Shown: positions 29,494 through 39,787 of the stretch, piece by piece | Layout of the letters: every line of letters starts with the position of its first letter | Numbering within the stretch: position 1 is the stretch's first letter | Virus record (IMG/VR): IMGVR_UViG_3300022851_000011 | Span: 62,001-121,548 of that record | Length of the DNA stretch: 59,548 nt | Origin: an uncultured virus (IMG/VR IMGVR_UViG_3300022851_000011) | Taxonomy: Duplodnaviria > Heunggongvirae > Uroviricota > Caudoviricetes | Direction: 5' to 3' (one strand) | Program-made: the position numbers and the translations under genes | The notes under the pieces: generated by a model | Database searches by the model: none | What the model saw: the letters and a program-made list of their open reading frames with translations, nothing else | Told to the model about the DNA's origin: nothing

Positions 29494-29854
29494 TTACAAA
29501 CCTCATTATATAATCTAGGGGATCGGTTAACTCGTTGGTGTTCAATGACGTAATATCATTATCACTATTATAGTACGAAACGTTCTTATGATTCAATATA
29601 AATCCTTTGATTAGGGTATGATTTTCTAAATTAACTATCACACGGTCGCATTGCCTTGCGGTATTTAGTAACCATTCCCTATCGGATTTACCATTATAAC
29701 ATAAATGAAGGCTCATTACAAGATTAGCTTCCATTATAAGTTCGATTATAAGTTTAATATCAGCGCCCGATACATCGAATAGCATCAGACTAGGCTGGTC
29801 GCCGTAAAAATAGTTAGGTGAAGTTACAATCGTAATATTATCTTCCAAGAACAT
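29471..29854 (-). CDS. hypothetical protein
   Basis: coupled ORF. Confidence 0.6.
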   Translation of the reverse strand: MFLEDNITIVTSPNYFYGDQPSLMLFDVSGADIKLIIELIMEANLVMSLHLCYNGKSDREWLLNTARQCDRVIVNLENHTLIKGFILNHKNVSYYNSDNDITSLNTNELTDPLDYIMRFVNEQRQRQ

Positions 29855-31397
29855 CCTCTTTACTCAATAAGCTCTGAATCTCAGATTGTTCCTTATGACT
29901 TAAATCGTCAAGTGCGACTTTGCCATCACCAAGTTCACTGATAAGGTGCTGTAGATACTTTTCATCATACAAAACACTTTCGTCTTTGATAACTTCCAAC
30001 CAACGTGAACCATCATAACGATATAGTTTACTTGGCATTTCATCAACACGTAAAAATGTCTGGTCTAATGTTGGGGATGCTGGAAACTCGGTGCCGAATG
30101 ACGGTGTGTTTTTAGCTACGCTGTCAGGACGGGCAAGCATACCGGGGATTTTTTCAACAAGATTATACTTCTTGTTTAGGTTAAGCACAGCACCATCACG
30201 TGCATCAATCTCTTTACGAAGCGTATTATTTTCTTGCTGAATCATATTAAGTTGATTGCGGATTTCTCCTAACGCTTGTTGTAGTTCTGTCGTAACTTGT
30301 TCTTTCGTTAGCAAACTGGAACGCAGGGTATCAAGCTCTTGTTCCATAGAATGCTTTAAACTAGTTAAACCATTGATATCAGCATTCATTTCTTCAATCT
30401 TTGCTGTATCTTCAATCTCAATAATCTTTTCAACCTCGGTTGGTTTCTCGTCAATGATGCGTCCCAATTCTTCTAGGACTGCCATATATTCTTTAAGTTC
30501 CATTTCTTTTTCCTCCAATTCATTATAAACATCAACAAGTGCGGTTTCAAGTTCCGTTACATCGCCAACAAGTTTATATTCAATTTCCTTTATTTCTTTT
30601 ATTTCTTCATCATTAAATGCATCACGTTCTTTACGGTGGCGCATAAATGCCCAATCCGCCGCCATAACAAGCCAAATAGCCAATGGGTCAAATGCCAGCA
30701 TAAACATAACAATAACAATACGAACAGCCTTGCCCTTACCATCAGGATCAGTAACCAAGTCATAGCCAAACAACTCAGCTACGTATTTGATAGGTCCAAG
30801 CTTGGCTTCAATACTACTTACCTCTGATTGCAATGGTAATCTTTTTTCTTGTAGGGTATTAATGCGTTCGTATGCTTCATCGACGCTTGTTTGAATCACT
30901 TTACGTTCTGGCTGTTGCTTTTCAAGTGTGGCATCTGCGCCATCTGCTCCACGTATGCGGTCATACTTAATAAGCGCATCGACAATGCCTTGTAATCGCA
31001 ATAAACGTTCCTCTTGGCGTGAAATGGTATCCTTCTCACGATTGATTTGTTGGTCAATTCGTTCAATCTGTAACCCACCTATTTCAGCTGGTGCTTCTTG
31101 TTCTAGGTGACCTTTTGATAAGAAACCAAAGATACCCATACTGGTAATAACCATAAGAATAACGACCATTATCGTAAGGGGGTATTTTAACTGACCGGGC
31201 AAATCATCCCAGAATCGGTGTAGAAAGAAGGTTGCGCTTACTTTACCAAACTCAAGAACTGTTGCCATAATAATAACAGGCACAAGCGCAGCCGCAAATA
31301 GTGCCGCCAATCCGGTGATACTAAAATAGGCGGCACAACCCGCAATCAATAAGGACATTGCAAGGGACATCCAACCCATAACTAGTGTACTACGCAT
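29838..31397 (-). CDS. membrane-anchored coiled-coil phage protein
   Basis: N-terminal TMs (AAYFSITGL, ITSMGIFGFLSKGH), GPIKYVA, FDPLA, long coiled coil. Confidence 0.75.
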   Translation of the reverse strand: MRSTLVMGWMSLAMSLLIAGCAAYFSITGLAALFAAALVPVIIMATVLEFGKVSATFFLHRFWDDLPGQLKYPLTIMVVILMVITSMGIFGFLSKGHLEQEAPAEIGGLQIERIDQQINREKDTISRQEERLLRLQGIVDALIKYDRIRGADGADATLEKQQPERKVIQTSVDEAYERINTLQEKRLPLQSEVSSIEAKLGPIKYVAELFGYDLVTDPDGKGKAVRIVIVMFMLAFDPLAIWLVMAADWAFMRHRKERDAFNDEEIKEIKEIEYKLVGDVTELETALVDVYNELEEKEMELKEYMAVLEELGRIIDEKPTEVEKIIEIEDTAKIEEMNADINGLTSLKHSMEQELDTLRSSLLTKEQVTTELQQALGEIRNQLNMIQQENNTLRKEIDARDGAVLNLNKKYNLVEKIPGMLARPDSVAKNTPSFGTEFPASPTLDQTFLRVDEMPSKLYRYDGSRWLEVIKDESVLYDEKYLQHLISELGDGKVALDDLSHKEQSEIQSLLSKEDVLGR

Positions 31398-31432
31398 ATG
31401 ATATTTATCGTTTTACACTTGATATGGTTTTA

Positions 31433-31774
31433 TTAATCATCATCGCCATTCCATTCCCAATAGTTTTCAAATGGTATTGTGCCGGGTGGCTTCTTGCTTG
31501 GGAATGTTTTCACCGTTTCTTCCCATGCAGCTAACTGATATTCAATATATTCCTCTACACTAGATATTATATTATTTTTATCGTTGGTTAACACAGTTTC
31601 TGTTGGATGCAATACGCATCGGTGTGGCGCTGTGCAGGATTCAGATATCACGCATCCATAATAACCCGTGCTTATGCCATTCTCGGCAAGTGGCGGGACG
31701 GCACAGTTCACACAATGCCTATCCAAATCATGTGGCATTCGCAACGCATTCCAAAAATTATCTTTTTCACTCAA
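31433..31774 (-). CDS. KExFW/WEWDG family member (long)
   Basis: KDNFWNALRMP...CVNC...YWEWNG. Confidence 0.75.
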   Translation of the reverse strand: MSEKDNFWNALRMPHDLDRHCVNCAVPPLAENGISTGYYGCVISESCTAPHRCVLHPTETVLTNDKNNIISSVEEYIEYQLAAWEETVKTFPSKKPPGTIPFENYWEWNGDDD

Positions 31775-32018
31775 AGGTATTTGCCATTTTTTTAAGGGAT
31801 TTTATAAAGGCGTCAGCAGCTTCACTATCAATGTGAACGATGTAATGAAACTTACCGGGCATAATCTTATTACCATCAACAAGCGGCCCAGAACGAACTA
31901 CCCTTGCGATTTTGTCGTCCATAATGATATCCGAAATCATATCATGAATGATTTCTTTTTCATCACGGTCACACACAAAGTCAATGATACGAACCGAATA
32001 GTGTTCACGGATTTTCAT
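31767..32018 (-). CDS. hypothetical protein
   Basis: coupled ORF. Confidence 0.55.
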   Translation of the reverse strand: MKIREHYSVRIIDFVCDRDEKEIIHDMISDIIMDDKIARVVRSGPLVDGNKIMPGKFHYIVHIDSEAADAFIKSLKKMANTFE

Positions 32019-32227
32019 TAATACTCCAGACCTAACTCGCCCTCAGTCCATCTCGTTGGTTGGTTAACCCTTTTCAAGTCTTGAATGATACGATTCAACA
32101 TCTCTTTTTCAGAGTATGCGGCAGCTAGTTCTTCTGCATCTTCGTCATCATATAAAGTCTTGATATAGTTTTTATTATCAACCAACTCTTTTTCGTATAA
32201 CTCAATTAGTTTTTCAATCGTCATCAT
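32018..32227 (-). CDS. hypothetical protein
   Basis: RBS AGGAG, coupled ORF. Confidence 0.55.
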   Translation of the reverse strand: MMTIEKLIELYEKELVDNKNYIKTLYDDEDAEELAAAYSEKEMLNRIIQDLKRVNQPTRWTEGELGLEY

Positions 32228-32236
32228 TTCTATCTC

Positions 32237-32713
32237 CTACCAGACAATTTTGCCATCGTTTTCTTCAATGAAATCATCAAGCGCACGAATAGCTGCGCCA
32301 TCTAATCCTAATATTTCATCACCTAATGCGACTACTAAAGTATTTGGCCACATTTGTGGACGGTTGCGTTCAACACGCTTCAATGCTTCTTTGGGCGTAA
32401 ACCCTGCTTGAATGTGAAACAGCATAGCCATCGCAGTAGAACGACAAATCCCACCATGACAATGAACCAATACATTATCACCATCTTCAAACTTTAAACC
32501 AAAATCCAATGCGGCGGCAACGTCATTTAAAACAGGTGCATTGCTGTCATTAGCATCTTCGTGATCTTCAAAGAAACCGACATGATGCCGACAATCAAAC
32601 TCAGGGACACTATGTCCGGGATCAACTAAAGATACAGCATGATTCGCCCAGTCCTCTGCTTCGGACTTAGCGAATAGTTTTGAAGTAACTTTAATTGATA
32701 ATAGCTTTTTCAT
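32237..32713 (-). CDS. protein tyrosine/dual-specificity phosphatase-like protein
   Basis: VLVHCHGGICRSTA CX5R motif; RP..WPN. Confidence 0.85.
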   Translation of the reverse strand: MKKLLSIKVTSKLFAKSEAEDWANHAVSLVDPGHSVPEFDCRHHVGFFEDHEDANDSNAPVLNDVAAALDFGLKFEDGDNVLVHCHGGICRSTAMAMLFHIQAGFTPKEALKRVERNRPQMWPNTLVVALGDEILGLDGAAIRALDDFIEENDGKIVW

Positions 32714-32871
32714 AAATTCCGTTCACTTACCTTCACAAACTTCATCAGTTTAGTGCCACGACTTGCTGCTTCGAACGCCATGCTACGTTTTGCTTCCGTA
32801 ATCTTTGCGCCTGTCTCCATGGTCATTTTCTTACCATCGGAAAAATCTGCATTATATGTGTAAAACTTCAT
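32710..32871 (-). CDS. hypothetical protein
   Basis: small ORF in operon. Confidence 0.45.
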   Translation of the reverse strand: MKFYTYNADFSDGKKMTMETGAKITEAKRSMAFEAASRGTKLMKFVKVSERNL

Positions 32872-32921
32872 GTCATCTCGCCTTTCATTGATTATGATTA
32901 TATATAACACACATATAGTAT

Positions 32922-33110
32922 TCAGTCAACTAGTAATGTTCTATATTTTCGCAGAATGCGGATATGTGTCTCATGATCTGCAAAAAATCCGTGTCCGACT
33001 GTGGTTAATTCCCGTTCCATCGCCAACATTGCGTATCTTAGAGCAGTAAGCTCTTGCTCTGTTGTCTTACAGGATTTGCGGATTTGACACGCTCGAATAA
33101 AAAGGGTCAT
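32922..33110 (-). CDS. hypothetical protein
   Basis: ATGA-coupled ORF. Confidence 0.45.
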   Translation of the reverse strand: MTLFIRACQIRKSCKTTEQELTALRYAMLAMERELTTVGHGFFADHETHIRILRKYRTLLVD

Positions 33111-33328
33111 CGTACTTTCACCGTAAAGGGAAAGGATGATTCAAGGTGACGAATCAACTCGGCTTTTGGCATAGGCTCTGAAAAGAATGGAACGCCATCG
33201 TTAATAAATGCTTTCCAGCCCAGCTTGCCGAACTCAACAATCGTGATAGCGGCATTGGCACAGTTTGTGCTAACTTCACGTGGCTGTGACCAGTTGAATG
33301 ATGTGTCAGGTGCAAATGTCATACCCAT
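33107..33328 (-). CDS. hypothetical protein
   Basis: AGGAGAG RBS and upstream sigma70-like promoter. Confidence 0.6.
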   Translation of the reverse strand: MGMTFAPDTSFNWSQPREVSTNCANAAITIVEFGKLGWKAFINDGVPFFSEPMPKAELIRHLESSFPFTVKVR

Positions 33329-33389
33329 AATATCTCTCCTTGATTAATCTGATACATACACAATACCACATCCAACGTAGATGTCAAGT

Positions 33390-33698
33390 CTAAAATTTAC
33401 AACAAGATAATAGTTTCATTTCATTCATCGCGGATCGCATATCATCAACCGCACGTTTCTTTGAACCATGATGCCGTGATTGTGCCATCGGTGTCGAATC
33501 ATTGCGACCTTCACCAAAGTTCTGAATACGCACACCGCTACTCAACTTAATATCAATGCGCCACGTCCAATACGTCTTGCGTGATGTGCCTTCCATCGTT
33601 TCAGTATGACCTTTCCACTTGGCTACATACCCACGGATATATCCGCCTCTCGGTGTTGGCGTATCATGTATTTTGATTTCGTTACTATTCGACCACAT
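33390..33698 (-). CDS. hypothetical protein
   Basis: AAAGGA RBS. Confidence 0.55.
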   Translation of the reverse strand: MWSNSNEIKIHDTPTPRGGYIRGYVAKWKGHTETMEGTSRKTYWTWRIDIKLSSGVRIQNFGEGRNDSTPMAQSRHHGSKKRAVDDMRSAMNEMKLLSCCKF

Positions 33699-33711
33699 TT
33701 GTTATATCCTT

Positions 33712-33975
33712 TCAGTCACTTTTCATTCTCCACCAAAATCGTTCTTTTGGATCGGTTATAACATCTTCCATAGTAACTTCATGTCCATGAAGATACCAAA
33801 ACTTGTTGCCATTTGGATATTCAACAGCAGGTCCATCTTCTCTGTGAAGTTTATCATCAAGATACCAAAACTTGTTGCCATTTGGATATTCAACAGCAGG
33901 TCCATCTTCTCTGTGAAGTTTATCATCCATCCACCAAAACTTGTTACCAAATATATCTGCGTCGAGTTCACTCAT
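33712..33975 (-). CDS. HRxDGPA-repeat (MORN-like) protein
   Basis: two near-identical 22-aa repeats; C-terminus VTMEDVITDPKERFWW. Confidence 0.8.
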   Translation of the reverse strand: MSELDADIFGNKFWWMDDKLHREDGPAVEYPNGNKFWYLDDKLHREDGPAVEYPNGNKFWYLHGHEVTMEDVITDPKERFWWRMKSD

Positions 33976-34652
33976 TATGCATACTCGAAATAACGTGCAG
34001 CATACCCTAACAACCGCTGCAATGGTTTTGCATTTGGTGGGAAAATCGCACGATGCTTATCATACGTTGGTAAATCATTACGAAAACTCTCTGGATTACG
34101 TAACGCTTCCTGTGGATTATCTAAACGCTGTAACTCACGATATATATCGTGTCCGTGCGCCATCAACTCCTGTGGATCACGAAAATACATACGCTTCATA
34201 TCATTTTGATTACCAGTTTCGGCTGCTTTCAAAACACCCTTCATATAACCGCTCGGAATGCTGTTATACTTATTAACACCCATGCGATCCCGCTGGCGCA
34301 TATGAATGTCTTCGTGTTCAAGCGTCTTTAAGACAACATCTTTAAAAGTTGCTGGACCCCAATAACCGTTAATTGACGATGGGTCTAGCATAATCGTTAT
34401 CTCTCCATCACCATCAACAACAGCATTCTGGATATACCAATCAACCGCAGTTACACACGTCGCTGAACCAACGTCTACGTAGATATGATCCATATCATAC
34501 ACTTCAAACATACTGTTCATAATATCAGCAAGTTCAGTCGGGTCATCAACATTGTTATTGTCAGACAAAAAAGCAACATACTGTTCGTTTACCGAATCAA
34601 GTAATAATGAAAGTTCCGTAATAAAGTTTGCGTCGGGGTGTAAATTTGCCAT
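33975..34652 (-). CDS. hypothetical protein with HExxH motif
   Basis: TLEHEDIH..Q, YF.DPQE..AH (zincin-like). Confidence 0.6.
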   Translation of the reverse strand: MANLHPDANFITELSLLLDSVNEQYVAFLSDNNNVDDPTELADIMNSMFEVYDMDHIYVDVGSATCVTAVDWYIQNAVVDGDGEITIMLDPSSINGYWGPATFKDVVLKTLEHEDIHMRQRDRMGVNKYNSIPSGYMKGVLKAAETGNQNDMKRMYFRDPQELMAHGHDIYRELQRLDNPQEALRNPESFRNDLPTYDKHRAIFPPNAKPLQRLLGYAARYFEYA

Positions 34653-34677
34653 ACTTGTAGTATAGCTATTTTTGAAA

Positions 34678-35304
34678 TTATGTCAAGCGGTTTTTCATAA
34701 TATTATGGATTTGTCCGTCATATACACCATACATATCTGTTACCATCACCGTCTGTGCAGCATTATCCGCCTTCGCAAACATGCTACGGAATTCACTGGC
34801 AGAACGCATCAACTGTCCATTTACAGTAAAATCAATCGTAGGCACAACACGTATGTATCCCTGATTATTAAAAGTATCAAGCGTATCATCATTTACCCAA
34901 GGCTGGAAATAACTAGGCTTACCAGACTTAGTGGGTTTAAATTGAAAACGTGGATCAGATGCCATATCCTTCTCACCGATGAAAAATACAACAGAATCAT
35001 ATTGCGGATTAAAGTTCTGTAATATTTCAATAGGCATATAAGGCTGACGACATACCGCAATCTTATCAATAGGAATACCAGAACGCATCATCATTATTCG
35101 CTTGTGTTCCGATGTAAATGGCGATTTTATATCTAAACTACCAGACGTAGCAATATAACATTCACCGTATTTCTCTTTCGCAATATTATATACTGCTGCG
35201 TGTCCCAAATGAAATGGCTGAAAACGTCCCGGATAAATCGCAACAATACGCTTCGGCTTATCAACCGAACTCATTAGTTTGCGTAAATGCGAAACGTCAC
35301 TCAC
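34678..35304 (-). CDS. HIGH-family nucleotidyltransferase (cytidyltransferase-like)
   Basis: YPGRFQPFHLGH, SASEFR. Confidence 0.85.
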   Translation of the reverse strand: MSDVSHLRKLMSSVDKPKRIVAIYPGRFQPFHLGHAAVYNIAKEKYGECYIATSGSLDIKSPFTSEHKRIMMMRSGIPIDKIAVCRQPYMPIEILQNFNPQYDSVVFFIGEKDMASDPRFQFKPTKSGKPSYFQPWVNDDTLDTFNNQGYIRVVPTIDFTVNGQLMRSASEFRSMFAKADNAAQTVMVTDMYGVYDGQIHNIMKNRLT

Positions 35305-36530
35305 GTCTTTTTCCAGTCTTTTGCTGCATCAAAATTCATTTTAGAAAAGCTCATACGATCAACTAATTTAATCGCCCCACCAGCGGCACCAATAGCAACA
35401 AACCCCTCGGGATTAACTACCTTGTAACCATCATCCGTCTTTACTAAACTTTTCATCGTATCAATCTTATTCAGTTTGTTTAATAACTGATTCTTTAAAA
35501 CAATCAAATCCTTGTAAACCATTAACCCAGCAATAATACCCTTAAAATTACGCTTCATGTATTCCTTCTGTTCTTCAATCTTCTTCATACGATTCTGAAC
35601 AGGCTTCGCATCAGGGTCTTGATTCTTTAATTTGCTAATCTCATGCATCAATCGTGCCGCATACCATTTAGTGAAACCTTCTGCAAAATCATGCGGATGT
35701 GCAACCTGATCATCACCCTTACGAATACGACTATTAACAAACGTCATAAGCAATGGACTATATTGACTCTTCAATGCATCAAACTTCGCAATCTTAATAG
35801 CACGTTTGGTAGCCGCTATATCACTGATAAGTTTATCGTTCTCCGCCTTGGTTAATGATGCAATGCCAGTCAAATCCTTGTAAGATGCATCATCATACCA
35901 TACATCCGATACACTATTCAATCCCGAAATACTAGCACCAAATTCCGCCGTCATTTCACCAATGCTGTCGCCACTGTAACGTGTGTGAAATACAATACCA
36001 ATCTTCGATCTACGCATAGTCTTCGCAACGTCGCTATTAATAGGAACAGCATACGTAATCGTATTAGGCTGAAACATAAGGTATTCTTCACCACCAAATG
36101 TCTTTGTCTCAAGATCATCTCGGGTATACATCATATCACCCTGTAACACACCAGTGATGCCTAACTTGGATAAATGCGTCAATGCTAACATAAGTTTGTT
36201 TGCTAACTCACCCTCGTAACCATACTTCTTTAAATCAGAACGTGACTTAATCAACTTGCCACCAGTCTTATTGAATACACTCTTCGTGCCAACAAAAAAC
36301 TCACCGTCAGCAGGATCAATGCCACATATAATAGCTGGCGCACCATCCCACTTAACCGATATGCTTTCGTGCCTGTTACCACCCTGTGCTAATAGTTGAC
36401 GAACGCTATCAATATAGTTTAATGCAATACGTGCACCAGCATTACCCTCGTGAAATACAATGTCTTCAACGTGATGAAGGTGCTGGTTCTTGCCTTCTTT
36501 ATATTCTAATAGTAAATCATTTAATAACAT
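35301..36530 (-). CDS. conserved phage protein (DUF6267-like; ligase-like KWDG motif)
   Basis: H.HHVED, SVKWDGAPA, QGDMMY, FQPNTITY, EGFV, KLVDR..FS. Confidence 0.75.
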   Translation of the reverse strand: MLLNDLLLEYKEGKNQHLHHVEDIVFHEGNAGARIALNYIDSVRQLLAQGGNRHESISVKWDGAPAIICGIDPADGEFFVGTKSVFNKTGGKLIKSRSDLKKYGYEGELANKLMLALTHLSKLGITGVLQGDMMYTRDDLETKTFGGEEYLMFQPNTITYAVPINSDVAKTMRRSKIGIVFHTRYSGDSIGEMTAEFGASISGLNSVSDVWYDDASYKDLTGIASLTKAENDKLISDIAATKRAIKIAKFDALKSQYSPLLMTFVNSRIRKGDDQVAHPHDFAEGFTKWYAARLMHEISKLKNQDPDAKPVQNRMKKIEEQKEYMKRNFKGIIAGLMVYKDLIVLKNQLLNKLNKIDTMKSLVKTDDGYKVVNPEGFVAIGAAGGAIKLVDRMSFSKMNFDAAKDWKKT

Positions 36531-36549
36531 TATAATGTATTTATCTTAC

Positions 36550-36730
36550 CCATAGTTCTTACCATCCCATTCCCATTGCGATTTTTTTCCATAAAATCCA
36601 ACACAGGCGTAGACTTGGTTTGGTCGCTTACATACTGAGTAAATCCCCCCATTTATTCTTTTATTATACTTACAGTTATCACAACCCCTTTGTGTTGGTT
36701 GTGTGCATCCCAAAATTCCTGCTTACTCAT
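36550..36730 (-). pseudogene. frameshifted KExFW/WEWDG family copy
   Basis: MSKQEFWDA then QPTQRGCDNC...SQWEWDGK in another frame. Confidence 0.62.
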
Positions 36731-36915
36731 TTTGGTTTCCAATAACTACCAGACGAAGCACCAACAGGCTTTTTACTATCTTTAGCATCTTGGACACAAT
36801 ATATACAATTAAGCCAACTCTGCGTGGTATTACGTGTGTAATATAAACAGTTATTACAATCACGGTCAGATAATGGCACCGACCGCAAATCATTCCAAAA
36901 TTCCTGCTTACTCAT
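36727..36915 (-). CDS. KExFW family member
   Basis: MSKQEFWNDL..VP...CNNC...YW. Confidence 0.72.
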   Translation of the reverse strand: MSKQEFWNDLRSVPLSDRDCNNCLYYTRNTTQSWLNCIYCVQDAKDSKKPVGASSGSYWKPK

Positions 36916-37117
36916 CACGTGCCTTCCACATAGGTAAACTACGTCCTTCATAGTTAACATACGCCGGATCAAATATTCCTTCATCGTCCTGACCAATAGC
37001 TTTAAGTATAGGACGAAATATAGTTTCATCGTCAGTGTCGTCATAATCAATTAACCAAATATTAGCACCATGCGCTATTAACCATTCAGGGGCTTCAGCC
37101 TTGTGCTTCAGAACCAT
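36908..37117 (-). CDS. hypothetical protein
   Basis: ORF track. Confidence 0.5.
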   Translation of the reverse strand: MVLKHKAEAPEWLIAHGANIWLIDYDDTDDETIFRPILKAIGQDDEGIFDPAYVNYEGRSLPMWKARDE

Positions 37118-37138
37118 TACCGCATCCGATATTCTTTA

Positions 37139-37303
37139 TTATTCATCAGATATCCACTTACTGAAATTATCGCATGAGATACAATACTCACGACAATACT
37201 TGTTAGTTAATGTAGACATACCATACGAATGTATAACAGCACAGTTTTTACACTCACGTATAGGTGACTTCAATGCTTTCCAAAATTCTTCTTTGTCATT
37301 CAT
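37139..37303 (-). CDS. KExFW family member (not in ORF track)
   Basis: MNDKEEFWKALKSP..ECKNC...CISC...KW, 54 aa. Confidence 0.68.
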   Translation of the reverse strand: MNDKEEFWKALKSPIRECKNCAVIHSYGMSTLTNKYCREYCISCDNFSKWISDE

Positions 37304-37378
37304 AACATAACCATATCATAACAATTACTATATGTCAAGGATTAGGATCAAAGTCCTACCGTTGCAACGATACGTTCT

Positions 37379-37576
37379 TCACTCACTTCGAATATAAGAT
37401 AACATCTCATGTACCGTGAACATCTTAACAGGATCGCCGCAATCAGGGTAGGTTTGAAAAGTAACTTGGTTTCCATCAACCTCGGTAATCACACCATCCG
37501 TAATACACGCATCGCCGTCAATAAAGACTCGTGAAATACAGTGTCGAAATTTTCTTGGTTTCATATCAGACATCAT
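37379..37576 (-). CDS. hypothetical protein
   Basis: AAGGA RBS. Confidence 0.5.
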   Translation of the reverse strand: MMSDMKPRKFRHCISRVFIDGDACITDGVITEVDGNQVTFQTYPDCGDPVKMFTVHEMLSYIRSE

Positions 37577-37900
37577 TATTTTCCTTTTGATAATTTCTTC
37601 ATATCCAGTATCTACAGGTTGGATTATATCTCCGGTTCAACAACCCACCCGCCTTCATACACACCATCCATTTCATTTTGTAGATATGTTTTATACCTGC
37701 CAATTCTTACTCTTTCTCCAACCTTGAACTTAGACATTACACTTGCCTTCCCAAATGTGATACACAACAGGAAAGCGGGGAACGCCATATGTTGTTCTGA
37801 AAACGAACAGTCGCTTCGCTACCGGGCACCACTTCTCTATGACGCTTCACACCCACATGCCACGACTTGTTGCCAAACCGGTCTATAGATTCTTTTTCAA

Positions 37901-38230
37901 TCATGATTTCATCTTCCACCAAAACTGTTCTCTCGGATCAGTCAATACATCATACACAGTAACTTCTTTACCATGTAAATACCAAGACTTGTTGCCATTA
38001 GCAAACTCAATAGCTGGTCCATCTTCCCTATGTCGATTGTCATGATTATACCAAAACTTGTCGCCATTAGCAAACTCAATAGCAGGACCATCTTCCCTAT
38101 GACGTTCGCCATTAATATACCATACCGTGTCGCCATTAGCAAACTCAATAGCTGGTCCGTCTTCCCTATGATATTCACCATTCAAAAACCAAAACTTGTT
38201 GCCAGCATCATCAGTCTTACATTCAATCAT
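37901..38230 (-). CDS. HRxDGPA-repeat (MORN-like) protein
   Basis: three HREDGPAIEFANG repeats; ends DVLTDPREQFWW. Confidence 0.8.
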   Translation of the reverse strand: MIECKTDDAGNKFWFLNGEYHREDGPAIEFANGDTVWYINGERHREDGPAIEFANGDKFWYNHDNRHREDGPAIEFANGNKSWYLHGKEVTVYDVLTDPREQFWWKMKS

Positions 38231-38453
38231 TCTCCCGACGCTCCCATTTAGGTAAACTGTAACCAGTATAACTAACATACGCAGAATCATAATCAACATC
38301 GCTATAAACATACATACAAGTCGTAATGTCATTGCGGAGAGATATAGGCTCAATACAAAACTTACCATTAAACCAACGACAGTTATCACAGGAACGCTCA
38401 ATAACAGGCATAGTAGTCAATGACTTCCAAAACTCTTCCTTATCATCAGTCAT
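38223..38453 (-). CDS. KExFW/WEWDG family member
   Basis: KEEFWKSL..MP...CDNC...KWE. Confidence 0.75.
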   Translation of the reverse strand: MTDDKEEFWKSLTTMPVIERSCDNCRWFNGKFCIEPISLRNDITTCMYVYSDVDYDSAYVSYTGYSLPKWERREND

Positions 38454-38955
38454 ACGTCAATACCCAATTGCTTCCTTCCCAGATAATACATCATATTCTT
38501 TATCATGTAAATACCAGTCATTGATGCCATTAACAATCAATAGCATAAGCCATTCAAATACCAAGCCTTATTGCCATATGAATCTGTCACACATACAACA
38601 TCATCATTCATGATTCCATCTTCCATAGTAACACGTTCAATAGATGGCCCGTCAGTTCTATGACCATTGTAATTAGTATAACGTCCGTTTAGTTCTCTAA
38701 ATAATTTAAAAAAGGCTTTCATTACGTCACGCCATTCCATTCCTAATACGCAAAACGATCAATTCAACGTGCATCAACCACGCCAACTGTACGATTAGTA
38801 GGACATTTCAGATTATGCCAAACCATCCCATTCCCAGTTGTCTGGATACAGAAATGATGAATAACCCTGATTGTTCGCATTTACGACAATATAAGTAGTC
38901 CGAACCGACAGTTAAAGCAACCTTTTTTATTAGGTTCACTTAATCTTTATTCCAT
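38450..38955 (-). pseudogene. decayed HRxDGPA-repeat and KExFW/WEW fragments
   Basis: HRTDGP/VTMED fragments, SEPNKKGCFNC and YPDNWEWDG in broken frames. Confidence 0.5.
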
Positions 38956-38962
38956 GGTGTTG

Positions 38963-39208
38963 TCAATGTTTATTATTCCATTGCCATTTAGGCAGGATAA
39001 CATTCGATGTGTCATTATTACTCCTGATGTGCCTATTCATTGTACACGCTTCACAAATATCACCAATATGGTCGTAATCCTCTGAAGTGCATTCCGAACC
39101 ATCTTCATTCAGTTTAACTGATTTTATATCATATCGCCATTTACAGTTTTTACATGATTTCTCAGACGGTTCACGTAACGTTTTCCAAAACTTTTCTTTA
39201 TCCGTCAT
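38963..39208 (-). CDS. KExFW/WEWDG family member
   Basis: MTDKEKFWKTLREP..SCKNC...KWQWN. Confidence 0.78.
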   Translation of the reverse strand: MTDKEKFWKTLREPSEKSCKNCKWRYDIKSVKLNEDGSECTSEDYDHIGDICEACTMNRHIRSNNDTSNVILPKWQWNNKH

Positions 39209-39359
39209 TTCCATCCCATTCCCAAAACACTTCACCATACTCCCTCATACTTGCCGACGAAGTGCACGATTTGATTTTGCAATACACTGATTGATTGTAT
39301 CCTCGACTGTTATTAGCACAGTTATGACTTAATGACTTCCAAAACTTTTCTTTATTCAT
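39205..39359 (-). pseudogene. deleted/frameshifted KExFW/WEWDG copy
   Basis: MNKEKFWKSL... and FWEWDGN end. Confidence 0.55.
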
Positions 39360-39457
39360 TAATGTATACTAGCAGTTATTACTAATGTTGTCAATGTTTA
39401 TTCCATTCCCAGTATACGTGTCGGGCGTTCATGACATTTACCACACGTAATACTATA

Positions 39458-39517
39458 TCATTTGCCATTCCATTCCCAGTTGTCAACTGGTTCACGTAAC
39501 TTATTCCAAAATACCAT
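39458..39517 (-). other. 'empty' KExFW/WEW unit (ends only)
   Basis: reads MVFWNKLREPVDNWEWNGK*; both ends identical to the adjacent copy at 39523-39684. Confidence 0.7.
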
Positions 39518-39522
39518 CTTCT

Positions 39523-39700
39523 TTATTCACATTTGCCATTCCATTCCCAGTTATCATCTGGATAAACAGGGTTATTCATCATTTTAGAATCTTTTTCATA
39601 CATACTTTTTTGTATGGTTCTCTCATACCGACAATTGAAACACCCTTTTTTGATAGGTTCACGTAACTTATTCCAAAATACCATGTTCTTTGTCAGTCAT
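39523..39700 (-). pseudogene. KExFW/WEWDG copy with 5' frameshift
   Basis: MTDKEH then +1 frame FWNKLREPIKKGCFNC...DDNWEWNGK. Confidence 0.6.
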
Positions 39701-39787
39701 TTTATTCCATTCCCAGTTATCATATGGATAAGCGGCTGGACCATCTTCTCTATGAAGTTGACCATTTTCTTTCCGCCAAGTTTTGTA

